Shown here: positions 12,401 through 26,322 of the stretch, in pieces
Layout: every line of letters begins with the position of its first letter
How positions within the stretch are numbered: position 1 is the first letter of the stretch
Origin: Rhizophagus irregularis
Lineage: Eukaryota
Direction of reading: 5' to 3'
DNA: 64,000 bases
Assembly: GCF_026210795.1 (NCBI RefSeq)
Contig: NC_089431.1
Coordinates: 3,038,001-3,102,000 of the forward strand
Program-made: the position numbers and the translations under genes
Notes under the pieces: model-generated
Databases searched by the model: none
Told to the model about the DNA's origin: nothing
The model's input: the letters and a program-made list of their open reading frames with translations, nothing else

Positions 12401-15400
12401 GTTTCAATATCTGGTGTTACTGAAAGAAGCATTGTTGCTATCGTCACTGTTGATAGTCCACGGATAATACTTACTCTTGATCATTTGTTTGCTACCCGTA
12501 ATTATTTTATGAGCGCATTCGAAGGCTCAAAAACAAACCAAGCTGTATCCCAATCTCAACAAGAATCGAAGTCTATTAAGAGTCCACAATCAAATGTTCC
12601 ATCATTACCACCTCGTCCGACAACTGCGCAACCTCAAGTTACTACCAGTTTAAATTATCGTGTGAACGTTACTTCCGCAGAAATTATCCTATTAGCTAAC
12701 CCTGATTTGGCTAATACTGAAGCAATTGTCCTTTCTGCTAATCAGATAGTTGTTACGCAACAACAAGTTTTGGCACTTACAGTTGAAAAAATTGGCATGT
12801 TTTTATGTAGAATGGATAAGAGAGCTGATTCTCTTATACGATTTATTGACAACTTTAATTTTGCTATGACCATGGATACTAGAACTTCTAGACCGGGCCA
12901 ACAACTTACGAACATTAATGTTGATATTGGACCCCTTACATTGAGACTTTCATATAGAGACGTTTTACTAATAACATCAATAGTAAATAAAGTTTCAGAA
13001 CTCTCATCACAATCATCAGCTCCACCTCCTGAAAAAGAAACTATATCTGGACCAGAAATTGATGCAAATGTCCCGCTTGATAACGCGGTATCTAAAAATT
13101 TTAATTATGATTCATTAACTGCAGCTAAAAAAGGTGGTAATTCAAAGAAGAGCCCTAGTGTTTTACAGACTTTAATGATGACTCGAGAAACTGTAAGTAG
13201 CTGTATTTTGGAATTCCGTTTAATTATTATATTTATTTAAATACCCGCTTATATATATATATATATATTTTTTATTACAGCTTAAAGCAACCTTTCATGG
13301 TACTCGATTAGTTGTTATTGGCGACGAACATAACATACCTATGATTGATGCAAGTGCGAATCAATTTTCTGTAGACGTAACAGACTGGTCATCACAGGTT
13401 TGATGCATTTACTTTTTTCATTTTTAACTATTTTATTATTTTAGCTTTATCCTGATTCTTTTTTTAATCTTCAGATGAGTGTTGATGCCACAGTTTCAAC
13501 TTACATAAATTATTTCAATTTGACCAATTCTCATTGGGAGCCGTTAGTCGAGCCATGGAATTATAGTTTACACGTAAGTTATATTTTGGTAATTTGAAAT
13601 CCTATATATATTTGATTGATTGTACATTTGAGTTGATGTAATTTTGTGTTTAGGCATCAAAAAATTTAAATCCAGAAAGTATGGTGATTGATATATCCTC
13701 TCAGAAACGTTTAGAGATAAACATTTCACATATTTTTTTGGAAACGATTTTTACAACTCTTTCCATAGTAAATCATGAAAGCGAGGTAGATTTCTATTTA
13801 TTCATTTTTAAGTATTAATTTCATTTAATTAAGCTTAATTTTATTGGCTTTAGCATGTATTGAGTGCCACGAGAGGTTCGCGAACCCCATATAAATTAAG
13901 AAATAGAACTGGGTATAATATGCACGTTTGGTCTATTTCTTCGGATGATGCTACAGATACTGAAATTAAAAAAATGGACGATGAACAAGACCTGAATTGG
14001 AGGTTTGACGACTGGCGTAAAACGCGTGAAGTAAGAAAGAATATTATTTATTATCATTTAATTAAAAAATGTTATTAAAATTTTAAATAATTATAATTAT
14101 TATAATTGTAGACTATTAGCTTTGCAAAAAATATGCTAGGCGTCCAATTTGAAGGTGCAATATGGGAATGCATTAAGGAAATCCCTGTCGATAGGGAAGG
14201 AGAGACAATGTACATATTACGACCAAAAGTCAACAAGATATCCCACCGTTTGGTGATCGATGTAAAATTAAAAGATAATATAAAAGTAGTAACTTTCCGA
14301 TCAGTTCTCGTTATCGAAAATCGTACGCTTTTAACAATTGAAATGTTAATTGTTGACGAACATGGCAAAAATGTTGGCAAAGTTTATCAAATAGGTAAAC
14401 TTAATAATTATATGTAGTATTGTATTTTATTAGAGTTACTGATTTATATTTTATATTTTATTATTTTTCGATTAAAAAACTAATGTTTAGCACCTGGTGA
14501 AGATTGTCCTGTTCCTATAGAACATGCTTATCATAATCGGCTTAAGATCAGACCTGAAGGTAAAAGAATAGAACGGAATATCTTATTGATTTAAGTGATT
14601 TGTGATTAATGTCTTATTTACATTGTGCTTAGGCGGGTTTGGTTACAATTGGAGCGTCGAGAGTTTATACTGGCAAGATTTCGTAAAACGTAATCCTATG
14701 AAATCTATTACATGTGAATCTATAGAAAATGATGTCCCATTCCGTTTCCAAGTATTTTCTAGATACAAAAAGAATGATCCTCTCGTCAAGTAAATATACA
14801 TAGTCATGTATTCTTGAAATATTTAGAATAATAATATATTTATCTATTTTACAGAGAGTATCCTTGTATGGCTATCCGGTTAAGTGCGCCGATACAAGTT
14901 GAAAATCTGTTACCCTATGATTTCACATTTAGAATTGTTGATAAGACTACAAATCAAAATTGGCCTGACAATTATTTACGCAAAGGAGCAATAACTTCTC
15001 TACATACCATTGAGTTAAATCACATATTATTACTTAACATTGACATACAAGACTCAGGTATATTGTACTTTTAGTATTAAGAAAAAAATTAATTATAGTT
15101 ATTTTGCTAACATTTTTCATCTTTTATTTAGGTTACAAAGCTAGCGAGTTTTCTATAATTAGCTCTCCAAATTCCGATTATTCAGTTGAGAATATGTTGA
15201 CACTTGAAGATTCAGAAGGTTTAAAATTAACCCTTCGAATTCATTACACGTTAGTAATTGTTTATAATCAATATCTTTATTGTAATTTGTTGGAAAGGCT
15301 TTCTGATTTGTAAACGTTTTTATCAGAGAAATTCCTGATTCCGGAGGAGCGTTCAAATTTAGTATATATAGTCCATATGTTATGATAAACAAAACAGGTC

Positions 15401-18400
15401 TCGATATGGTTTTCAAGTCAAAATCACTTTTAGCGTCTGCTAAAATTGCTGCTGGTCAAGGTTAGTTGTGTATAATATGTTATATATACATACACACAAC
15501 AATTTTTAATATTAGTAATTCATGAACTATTCCATATATTATAGGTTCGTTATCCAAGAAGAAAAATGTGGTACGTTTTATTACAATTTTTTTGCCGCCT
15601 TATTTTGTAAATAAGCTTGTTAAATTCTTGTCATTATTTGTTTTAGGTTGCTCCGTATATGTTTTCTTATCCAAGCGATGAATTACGAAATCGTGCTTTA
15701 TTAAAAGTGGGAGATTCTGACTGGAGCGAAGTAATTATATATAAAAAAAAAAAGTTTATCAAAATAATCGAATCTCATTACTGATTTAAATTTTGTTTTG
15801 CAGCCTTTAAGTTTTGAAGCTGTTGGTACATTTATGGAAATTTCTATACCTTCTGCAACAAAATCTGAAGAAATTCATTTGGGTGTCAGCATTCAAGGAG
15901 GCAACCAAAAAGTAAGTTTTAGAATTAAAAATGATAATTTATTAGGTGGGACTATATTTTATAACAATGAAATTTATATTATTTTATAGTACAAACTGAC
16001 TAAAATTGTGACTTTCACACCGCGGTTTATTCTCAAAAACAACTTGAGTGAGGACATCAATTTCCGTGAGCCAGAATCAACTAATGTTATAACCATTAAA
16101 TCCAAAGATCGTGCTCCACTTCATTTCTTAAAAAAAGGAAATGTCAAACAGCTTATGCTATGTCATCCGGGATTAAATAATCCTTGGTATTTAAATTTTA
16201 AATTGTTGGTTTGTTTTACCTATAATTATATAAATAACTTCTCAAAAACACTTTCAATAGGTCTGCTCCGTTTAATATTGATGAAGTTGGAAGAGTTCAT
16301 GTAAAGGTTGGAAAATCGGATGAAGTAACTGATTTAATTAGAACTGAAATTTTACTTGAAGATGCTACAGTTTTTGTAATATTAAACAAAGAGGAAGGGA
16401 AGTGGCCATACCGTATTGAAAATTATTCAGATGTTGATGTTGATTTCTATCAGCAGGTTGGTTTATTTTTCAAAATTTTAACTATAAATCTATGAAATGA
16501 TCGGAACTAAAACTCTATATATTGTAGGATCCGAACCGTCGTGATTTCTTTGGCTCAAGTACACCTCAATCAAATATATCAAATGTAAAAAAATATCATC
16601 TTCCTTCTGGAAATGCTACTCGTTATTCGTGGGATATGCCAGCACAAAAAGAAAAACGTTTGGTCTTAAACGTTAAAAATGTTGAACGGGTGGTTAATAT
16701 ACAAGAAATAGGTTCATTAATGCCATTCAAATATCCGGTAATTTTAATTATCAAATAATTAACAACGTTAAAAACCGTTTATTTTATTTACGTTATTGTT
16801 TCAATTTACTTATAATATGGTTAATTATTTAGGTTGACGGAGGACATCGCGTAATTTCTATAGAAGTAGCAGCTGATGGTCCAACTCAAGTCTTGTTGCT
16901 TTCTAATTATAATCAATCAGAAAGTATATTCAGACCAAGGGCTCCATCAATCTCATCAGTATCCAAAGATGATTCTAACGCCGGTCGAGAAGCTTTTGAA
17001 GTGGTTTGTGTTAATAATAATCTAATTGAACCAATTTGATATGTTCTATCTATTTACTTATTTTAAAATTTGTTTTAATCGTCAATATTTAGATTGATGT
17101 AGACTCAGTCACTACACTAAGTTTCCAGATCAGGTTAGAAGGTATTGGTATTTCCGTGATTAATAAACGGATGCAGGTATATAATCTATCAAATTATAAT
17201 ATATCAATATATGTAATTATATTACTGATAAACTTTATTTTCAAGGAATTGATATATGCTTCAATGCGCGGGTTGGAGTTTAAATATAATGATTCTACGT
17301 TATATCAATCTGTCAACTTTCTTATTAAATGGTTACAGGTTAATATGAGTTTCATGCTTATTGTAAAAATTCAATGTCGTAAAGATATTTATCAATTATT
17401 TTCCTTCCTTCCTTCCTTTCAAAAGATTGATAATCAGCTATATGGCGGATTATATCCAATAATTTTATACCCATCGGTCATTCCGAAAGATGCAAAAGAG
17501 ACAGATGCTCATCCGGCTTTTCATGTTTCGCTTATTAAGGCAAAGGATGAATGTAAGTTCCTAACATTATTCTTTTTGTAATCTACCATACTATCTCTCT
17601 AATAATTTGCATTAATTGTTATTAGCGCATGGTGTCATCTACTTTAAATACTTTTCCTTGTTGTTGCAAGAAATGACCTTCGAAATTGATGAAGATTTTC
17701 TCTTTGCGTTACTTGAATTTACAAAATTTGCAGGTTCAAGCACTAATGATGAAAAAGAAGCGTAAGTAATGATATTTATATAAAGCTACAATTATTTATT
17801 TTCTTTATATTTAAATGATAATTCATTACAGACAACTTATTGATGGAACGCTTGATATTCCTGAGCCAAAATCAACCGAAGGAGATAATCAATGGTACTT
17901 TGAGGTCTTGCATATACATCCGATGAAAATTAATATTTCATTTGTTAGAACAGAACGCATAAATGTTGAAAATAAGTATGTAATTTTTTTATTTAGTTTG
18001 ATCTCTTCTTTATGGATAATGAGCACTTTTTAAATATGATAAATTGTTTTAAAGGCCCCCACCACGTAATCCTATCATGTTCTTTATCAATGTTTTGACG
18101 ATGGCAATTGGAAACATTAACGTAAATATCTGAGAGTTTTCTTTTTTAGCTTTAAAAAAAATATATATTAATTGCTCGATTTTACATAATTAGGATGCGC
18201 CAATCAAACTTAATGCTCTCGCCATGGAAAATGCGCGTGTCAGTCTTCCCGTATTAATTAATCGTATCAATCGTCACTACGGTGAAGCTTTTATCTACCA
18301 AGTAATGTATTAAAGCTTTTTTTAGATTAAAAATATTGTGACGAAAAATTCTAAAACTAAATACTATTATACAGGTGCATAAAATCATTGGCTCCGCCGA

Positions 18401-19893
18401 CTTTTTGGGTAACCCTGTTGGCCTATTCAGTAATATTAGCTCTGGAGTTGTTGATATTTTCTATGAACCATACCAAGGATTTGTGTTGAATCGACCCCAA
18501 GATCTTGGAATTGGGCTTGCAAGAGTAATTATTATATGAATTAAAAAAAAACCATTAAGATAGCAGAATAATGAAATCGTATTTTTTTAGGGTGCAACGA
18601 GCTTCTTCAAAAAGACAGTGTATGGTTTTAGCGACAGTTTTTCCAAGGTTACAGGAAGTATAGGAAAAGGTTCGTATTCTAAAGATAGTTTTTTTTATTA
18701 TGACTATCTAAGATACTTAATTTTAGTTAAATTACAATCATTTTAGGCCTCTCTGCTGCTACTTTGGATAAAGCTTATCAAGATCGACGAAGAATGGCTC
18801 AATTTAGAAATCGACCTAAACATGCATTATATGGTGTCACTCAAGGAGTTAATTCTTTAGCAACAAGTATTACAAGTGGTATTGAAGGAGTAGTAGTAAG
18901 TTGATCCAGATAAATTCGATCCTTCCTTATTTCAATTGACACTAATTTAATATTCCAATTAGCGTAAACCTATAGAAGGCGTTGAAAAAGAAGGTGCAGC
19001 AGGGTTGCTCAAAGGTGTAGGAAAAGGACTTGTTGGGTAATTATTTAGAATTGCTTGTATTCAAATACATATACACATAATATTTTATTAATTTTAATTT
19101 TAATTTTTTATTTAAGTTTCGTGACAAAACCCGTTGTGGGTGTGTTTGATTTTGCAAGTAATGTAACAGAAGGTATGTCATAATCGAGATGATTGTTTTT
19201 TTACATTATTGATAACTTATTCGTTAATGTATATAAAGGAATTCGAAATACCACCACTGTCTTTGATGAAAATGATATTGCACCAGTGCGATTACCACGA
19301 TATGTTGGGCGGGATGGAATATTAAAAGTATATATATTTTCACACTTTATATTATTATTATTTTTTTTATGTGAATATCTGCTAAAACTAAGTATCGTAA
19401 TACAGCCATATGATCAAAGAGAAGCTTTAGGACAATCTTGGTTGAAAGGATTGGAGAATGGAAAATTTTTTAATGAAGAATATACTGCTCATCTTGGTAA
19501 TTTACATTATTGACAATTTGCTATTTTATGTTGTTTATATTAATCATGATTTTTATAAATAGATCTTCAAGGAGACGAACGTGTTGTAGTTCTTACACGG
19601 TCTCGTATTATGCTTGTAAAAAGTAAAAGACTAAAAGTAGAATGGGAAGTTTCATTTTCAGGTAAGAATATGCAAATCTTACAATTATAGAATAACAAAT
19701 TATTTAACTTTCTAATATATAATTTTTAGATCTCCAAACTATTTCATTACAACCTCAAGGTATTTTACTTAATTTGAAAAAAGCGCCAGGACCATTTATT
19801 CCAATTCCTGATCCTGAAAGTAAAAACTGGTTCGAAAGAAAAATCGAAATGGTAATCAATGAATACAATGCAGAAAAAAAGGCTCTTGAGTAA
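6492..19893 (+). CDS. VPS13: Vacuolar protein sorting 13, bridge-like lipid transfer protein, about 50 introns
   Basis: Chorein N-terminus [53 protein letters not shown] repeats ([21 protein letters not shown]); C-terminal [27 protein letters not shown]; stop TAA at 19891-19893. Confidence 0.97.
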
Positions 19894-20263
19894 ATAATTT
19901 ATTTAAATAAATAAAAAATATACATTAGTTATATAATAAAATTTTTTATTTCTATTTATAATTATAATGAATTTTAAATAGAATATATACAGATATAAAC
20001 TGAATAAATATCTATATTTAATGATCAATTTAAATTTACAATAAATATCTGAATTGAATTGTTATAAAATTTTTTATTTAAAAGAGTAATTTAATACTAG
20101 CTAATTCAAATTAGCTTAATTAGCAAATGATTTTGTACACTATTTAATCCTCTATATCCTGCAAAGTATCACTTAATTTTATTATTTATTACATAAAATT
20201 CTTAATCCGAGACATGAGTATTAAGGTGAGGTGTTCATATGAAATATATCTCAATTAGACTTG

Positions 20264-21031
20264 TTATCTACCATATCTATACAAAAAAAATATCAAAGAA
20301 TCAGTAAAAGGTTAATAAATTTCAAGTAATCTTATATTTAATAACATACTTCTGGAATTCCCATTCTCTGTTATCTAAAGGACACACTTGCCGGGTCTTT
20401 AACCAACGAGAAATGCAATGAAAATGAAATGCATGGTTACAAATTCCCCAAGCTCTATTAAAATAAAAAAGAAAAAAGAATTCAATAACATAATCAATTA
20501 TTATAAAAATACAACATACAAAATCCACATACACTGTGCATTCTTCACTGGTCGCAGACGCTTGATTTGCTTGACATTCAATGCCTTTAAATTATTAGGA
20601 TAATTAGCCATAGCAGCAAACCTTCATTAACACAAAAAATTGAAACAAAAATTTACATACAAAGATCCATGATATGATTTCGACAAATAGCACAGTTATC
20701 AACTACAATATCTTTAGGAAAGGAGAAAAAAAATTATATTCATACTCATATCGTATTTCTGTTGTATTATGAATACTTACCCCAGGCCCACAAAGCAACG
20801 GCATTCCACTGAATCGAGTAAAGTTAAAAAATCATTTAGTTGCAAAAAAGTAAAATATAAAAGTCCTTTTAGACTTTAATAATAGAATCCTTATGTGGAA
20901 TAACAAACTCCGAATAAGTAAAGAGTAATGGACTATACCTTCTTTACTTCAAACCGTTTCTTTCCTGTATCTTTAGCTTTTCCACTAGATCTAGAACCAG
21001 CTGGTTGATCAATATCCATTGGAGTGCTCAT
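20264..21031 (-). CDS. RBX1: RING-box protein 1 (cullin-RING ligase subunit), 6 exons
   Basis: Spliced product [90 protein letters not shown]. Confidence 0.98.
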
Positions 21032-21199
21032 TTTTTTTACGAATTAGTTTAAAAGTGCTGGTCAAAAGTCAGTCTTGTATTTAAATATTTCTTACGGTGA
21101 GTCACATGGTTTACTTCTCAATTTCCTTTGTAGGCAAATTGTGTAATCACATAATCGGAATTAATTGAACAATCACGTGACTCTGGGAAAGTCGATCTA

Positions 21200-23170
21200 A
21201 ACACTATCGCGACATATGATATCTGATATTTTGTATTGTATTCTTTATCTCCGGTTTTAGCGTAAGCTTTTTTTTTCATTCCTCTTCTTTGAGTAAATAA
21301 TTTCGCACAGAATAATCATTTCTTCTTCAGTGATTTCTTCTTGTTCAAAGCAATTCCTGCTTGCTAATTTTCATTTACAACTATAACTACCTGTTTAGAT
21401 AGTCCTATCTTCCTCCTAGAATAAAGCCAATATAAACACAGAATTATAAGAATAATAAGTAAAAATTTTCTTAAAAATCTTTTGAAACCTAACTAAATAT
21501 AAAGGTAGATAATCTATTATCAATAACTTGAAATACTTCATATTCCTCTATTTCAAAAGTTAAGCAATATCTTTGAAGTTGGCTGTAGAATGAATATTCT
21601 TCAGGGTCTAATAACTTCTTAACTCAAATAACATCATATTCGATGAGTATCCAAATCTCGAACGACTTTATGAACTTAGTCTTTTCTTCTTAATTCATAT
21701 TCATTGTCATCGGGAAAGAACTGTTTGAATTGATCAATTAGAATATTCAGTTCCTTATTGTACCATCAATTGACTAATATCTCTCATTATATATTATTTA
21801 TTGACTTGTGTCTTCACTATAATCCATACTTGTCTATTGTTTCATCTCACTTAGTTGACTCGTTTCAAAGAATTGGAAAGTTGAAGTTTCTTTGGAAAGA
21901 GACTGAGACTGGTAATTTGATAAATTGCACTAGGTTGTGTTAATATTTACTGCAAATTGATATATTCTGAAATCATAAATGTAATTGTAATTGTCTTTGA
22001 CCATTGCAATTTGCAAGTACTTTATTAAGAATCATCTAACTAAATTTACTTTAAATATCGAAATCAGGCAATTTTAATTTTTTTTTTTAGTATGAATCAT
22101 ATTAATAAGAGAGTCTTTTTTTTCGAGAAATCTTGGCACCTCATAATTCAACTATTTTCATTAATCAGTCTGTTGAATTCTTCGAGCCTCATTCTCACCT
22201 GTTCTTTAAGGAAGATTAACTGACTTCTGCACCTGGAAGAAATCTTTTTTCAAATCAGCACTCTCTTGAACTAAACCAATTCTAAATGTCAAATAGCCAT
22301 TCTTTTTTCATGGTCTCAAATCTAGAATATGATTCAGATGTAGACTATTAGTTCGCACTCAACTTCTCATAGATAAACTGATCCATGGCCGAAGGTGAGT
22401 CAGAGAAGAGCAAAAGGTTTTTTGGTTAAACATAGTATGAGAAACTTGGAATAATACCGAAAAAGATTATTTGGAGCAGATTAATGAGTTAAAAAGTAAA
22501 GGACCGGGTGAATTATCCGACGAGCAAAAAGAGAAATATAATTATGATAATTTAGAAACGGAAAGAGATGAATTAGAGAAAAGAGAACTTTGGAGCAGAA
22601 GTTTTAAATTTAAATAATAAATTAAAAATGAAAAGCCAAGAAATCACTCAAAAGGAAAACGAGATTGTCCGACCGAAAAGAGTTTAGCCTTTAGTGAACT
22701 CCGACAAGAAAATAAAAATTAAGAGGATTATAGTAAGAAAGTTAACCAATTGGACGAGGAACAATTAACCAGCAATAAATTAGAGTAGAATAAGAAATTA
22801 CGAGAGAGAATAGAAGAGAATTATAAAAAATATATGGTAGACTATCAAGAAGCTGGCGGATCTTTTAGCTACCGATTCAGTGTTGGATTTGGACAATGTC
22901 CAATTCAAAAATTACATTCAATTGGACAATTGGGTGTATGTCCAGATCCAATTGGATAATGTTCACATTAAGTTCAAAAAGAATATAAAATTATTAAAGT
23001 TGATTTAGATTTAATTTTAGGGAAGTGGAAATTTGATAAAGAGTGGGAAGAAGTTTGTGGAGAAGTTTGAGCCGTGAATTAACCAATTTAGAGAAAGAAA
23101 AATTTAAAGGACTTCTTGATGTGAAGCGAAAAGTTGGGAGTAATATTAAATATTAACCATCTGGTCGAAA
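21200..23170. pseudogene. Degenerate coding/TE relic zone of unknown family
   Basis: No intact ORF. Interrupted protein-like frames occur on both strands, e.g. NNTEKDYLEQINELKSKGPGELSDEQKEK (+, ~22450) and QLIFLKEQVRMRLEEFNRLINENS (-, ~22190). A CAGTGTTGG hairpin-rich segment starts at 22878. Confidence 0.4.
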
Positions 23171-23180
23171 AGTGTAAAAG

Positions 23181-23290
23181 ATAAGGACGCTTTACTAATG
23201 GTTGTCATTCCATTTCTATCTACGGCAACAAGTAAGATGAATTACGTGTAAGTCGTTATTTATCAAAAGAAACATAACAAATAACATTTA
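23181..23290 (+). repeat. Diverged ~110-bp copy of a VPS13 exon end plus following intron (source ~7998-8114)
   Basis: Direct alignment by eye: GCTTTA.TAATGGTTG, ATTCCATTT.TATCTACGGCAACAA, GTAAGATG.ATTACGTG, TAAGTCGTTATTTAT.AAAAG..ACATAACAAATAACATT. Confidence 0.9.
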
Positions 23291-24535
23291 CAACACTTAA
23301 CAAGTTTATTACTGCCATTCATATATCTGGTAATTCTGATTAACAACTTTATTTTATTTGCGTTATCATTATGGTCCCAATTTGACTGTCATAGAAGTCG
23401 ACCCGAGTCAGTCATTATCGGTTACAAGTACTTATTATTAAAGTAGATGATAATTTAATAAAATCCTACAATTACTGAATAAAATGCAAGGTTGCGAATA
23501 TTTTTAGGAACCCTAATTATAAAAAACTATTTTATTAATTATTAATTTATAAATTTGTCAGACTAAGCTGTTTTAACTAAATTTCATATACCACAAATCA
23601 TAGCGGCATTATTTTGTCCCCCCGTTTTTGTTATAAATTTTGGCTGTGTCAGTTAAATTTTATTTTAGTAAAAATATCATATAAGTATAAAATTAGCATA
23701 GATTCTTGGATTATAAAGCAGTTTTTAGACCCTAACTCTGATACCATATTGTATATTGAGTATTGACCTACAAAATAGAAGATCCGCCATTAAGTGTTGT
23801 ATCACAAATTTTATATAAATAGACTTTTTTTCCTAATTTTATCTCTTGGCTTATACAGGCAACGAGCTTTTCCGGTTTTGCCTCGGGAGTTTATAATATT
23901 GGGCAATTATCATATAATATTATAATATCTGATATTGTAGATATAACATTTGTTGAACAGGTTAATTATCAAGCAAAAAACATAAACGAAAGAGATTCAA
24001 TGTCTCAATCTAAATTATCAATATTTTAAGAGACACACAATTCTTAAAGAATTTTTCTTCATTGTAGCTAACGTTGACAAATTAGTACTAGGTTTTACTA
24101 TTACAGTGAAACAAACAGAAAACCCGATTTTTTTCATTCATTTATATTTAAATTTTGTTTCATGATTTTTAGGAATTAATTTTTGTTGAAACGCAATTAT
24201 TACATCACGTAGAAGTTAATTATCGGATGATTGCCATTTTTTTTAATAATAATATTATTGCGCCTGATATTAAAGCATAGGTTTGGTACTGGTTTGGTTC
24301 AAAAAATTATTTATAAATAAAGAAAAAAGAAAAAAGAAAACTTTGACGTCAGCAAAATATATATTAGTCTCGTGATAAGCTGCCAAATTTGTTCAATATT
24401 GTTTGTTATATGGGTTATTACACTTTGAGTAAATGAAAGCGAATTAGCGGGACATACTACACAAGCTTCATCTACTCTACGCTTAATATTCTTACGAATA
24501 CCTTAGTAACGAATAGTTGTATAAGTTTTTACAAT

Positions 24536-25950
24536 ATGGATAATGACTCTAATGATGCAACTACCTCAACGACACCAGTTTCTAGAGGTCAACAGAGGTC
24601 TGCAGTATTCACTTCAGTTTTATCTTCTGGGCCAGCGTCTTCTCTTGCAACAACGTCCGTAAGGGCAACTGCATCAAATTCAAGACAAGTCAGGCAGAAT
24701 TGGTGGGGATATATTGTTGAGAACTTTAGATCTATATCTAGAACCTCAAAGGTTTTATTAATTCTGAATTTAACAATGGTTCTAATTCAGGTATGTAAAT
24801 ATCTTGTACAAAAATGCTATAAGTATTAATGGATTGGGTTAATAATACAAATATATATATTTTTAAAATGAAATTAGGTTGTTGTAACTATAACAGTGCT
24901 TGTAATTTCACGTCATCAAGAATGCGATAAACCACTAAGGCTGTTTCTTATCCTATACATTGCTCGTGTGATAGTAGCTTGTCCAGTCAATGTATATTTG
25001 TATTTAAATCCTAGAGAAAATAGACGTGGTGGGCAAAATCCAAATGAAAATGAAAATCAAAGAAGGGATGGATGGGTTGACCGGTAAGTAATTTTATATT
25101 TATGTATTTTTTTTTTGTTTAATATTTATTCTGATAATATTTATTCTAATATTATTTTAATAAACGTGAAAATTGTAGACTAAAATCTTTTTTAGACCTT
25201 TTTGCTACTTTATGGTTTATTATTGGCAATTACCTACTTTTCACTACCGTTAAATGTCAAAGCACTTCACCGCCAGTGTTTTACCTTTCTTTGACATGGG
25301 TTATTGTTGGTTATATTATTATTACCATTCCAATATTACTGTGTCTGGCTGTTATATTCTGTCTACCATGTGTATTAGTGGCAATGAGAATGTTAAACGT
25401 TAGCGAAGCTACTGGAATGAGTGGCGCAAAAGATGATATTATTCAAAAGATCCCTTTAGTAAAATATAAAGCATCTGTAGAAGAATCAACCGATACTGTT
25501 ATAACAATGCCTCCACAAACCTCAAGTATGACACCAAGTAATGATGAAACACAGCCACCAAGACAAGATCAACCACGTAAAAAATCTCGGTTTAAACAAC
25601 TTTTTGGTAGCAATCGCAAGGGATCTTCAACTTCTTCGGCTCCAACAGTTTCACCTCCTTTTCCTATTCCAAACTCCGACGATGCAGTTTGCTCAATTTG
25701 TTTAGAACCTTATGAAGATGGTGTTGAATTAAGACGTTTATGGTGTTCACATCATTTTCATAAAGAGTGTGTAGATGAATGGCTTAAGTTAAATAAAAAA
25801 TGTCCGATGTGTCGCGAGGATGTAGAAGAGATGGCTGCAGAACATAGTAGTAAGAAAGGGAAAACTACTATCACAAACACTAATAATAATAACACTGCTG
25901 GTGAAGGTAGCAGTACCAACACTACTGGTCAAGTAAATATCAAACCTTAA
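24536..25950 (+). CDS. Multi-pass membrane RING-H2 E3 ubiquitin ligase, 3 exons
   Basis: Hydrophobic segments with CDKPLR, WFIIGN and CLPC; C-terminal CSICLEPY..LRRLWCSHHFHKECVDEWLKLNKKCPMCR. Confidence 0.9.
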
Positions 25951-26322
25951 TAAAAGGAAGTCGAAATAAACAAATGTTAATTTTTTTACAACATTGAATA
26001 ATAATATAATAATCTACATTTTATTATATCCATTTTATCTGATTTATAATCAAAAGAATACTAATTTACTTTTATTGTAATTATCATATCATTATATCTT
26101 ATGCACATATCTTATGCACATACACATTTGTAAAGTAATTAAAATGTAATATTTTTTTTTTTGTGATAAATAAAAAATAATGACAAAAGAACGATACGAT
26201 AGATTGTATCATATAATATTAAAATTTTCGTGTTTATTATTTAAATGATTTTCTTATACATTGAAACTATTTACTTTATAACGAAATACAAGGTAATTTT
26301 ATAATTACAAAGTAAGCTAAAA

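Noticed and set aside
14858..14865. GTATCCTT in VPS13 resembling a U12 donor
   Set aside because: It lies just inside an exon ([10 protein letters not shown] reads through) after a canonical TACAG acceptor.
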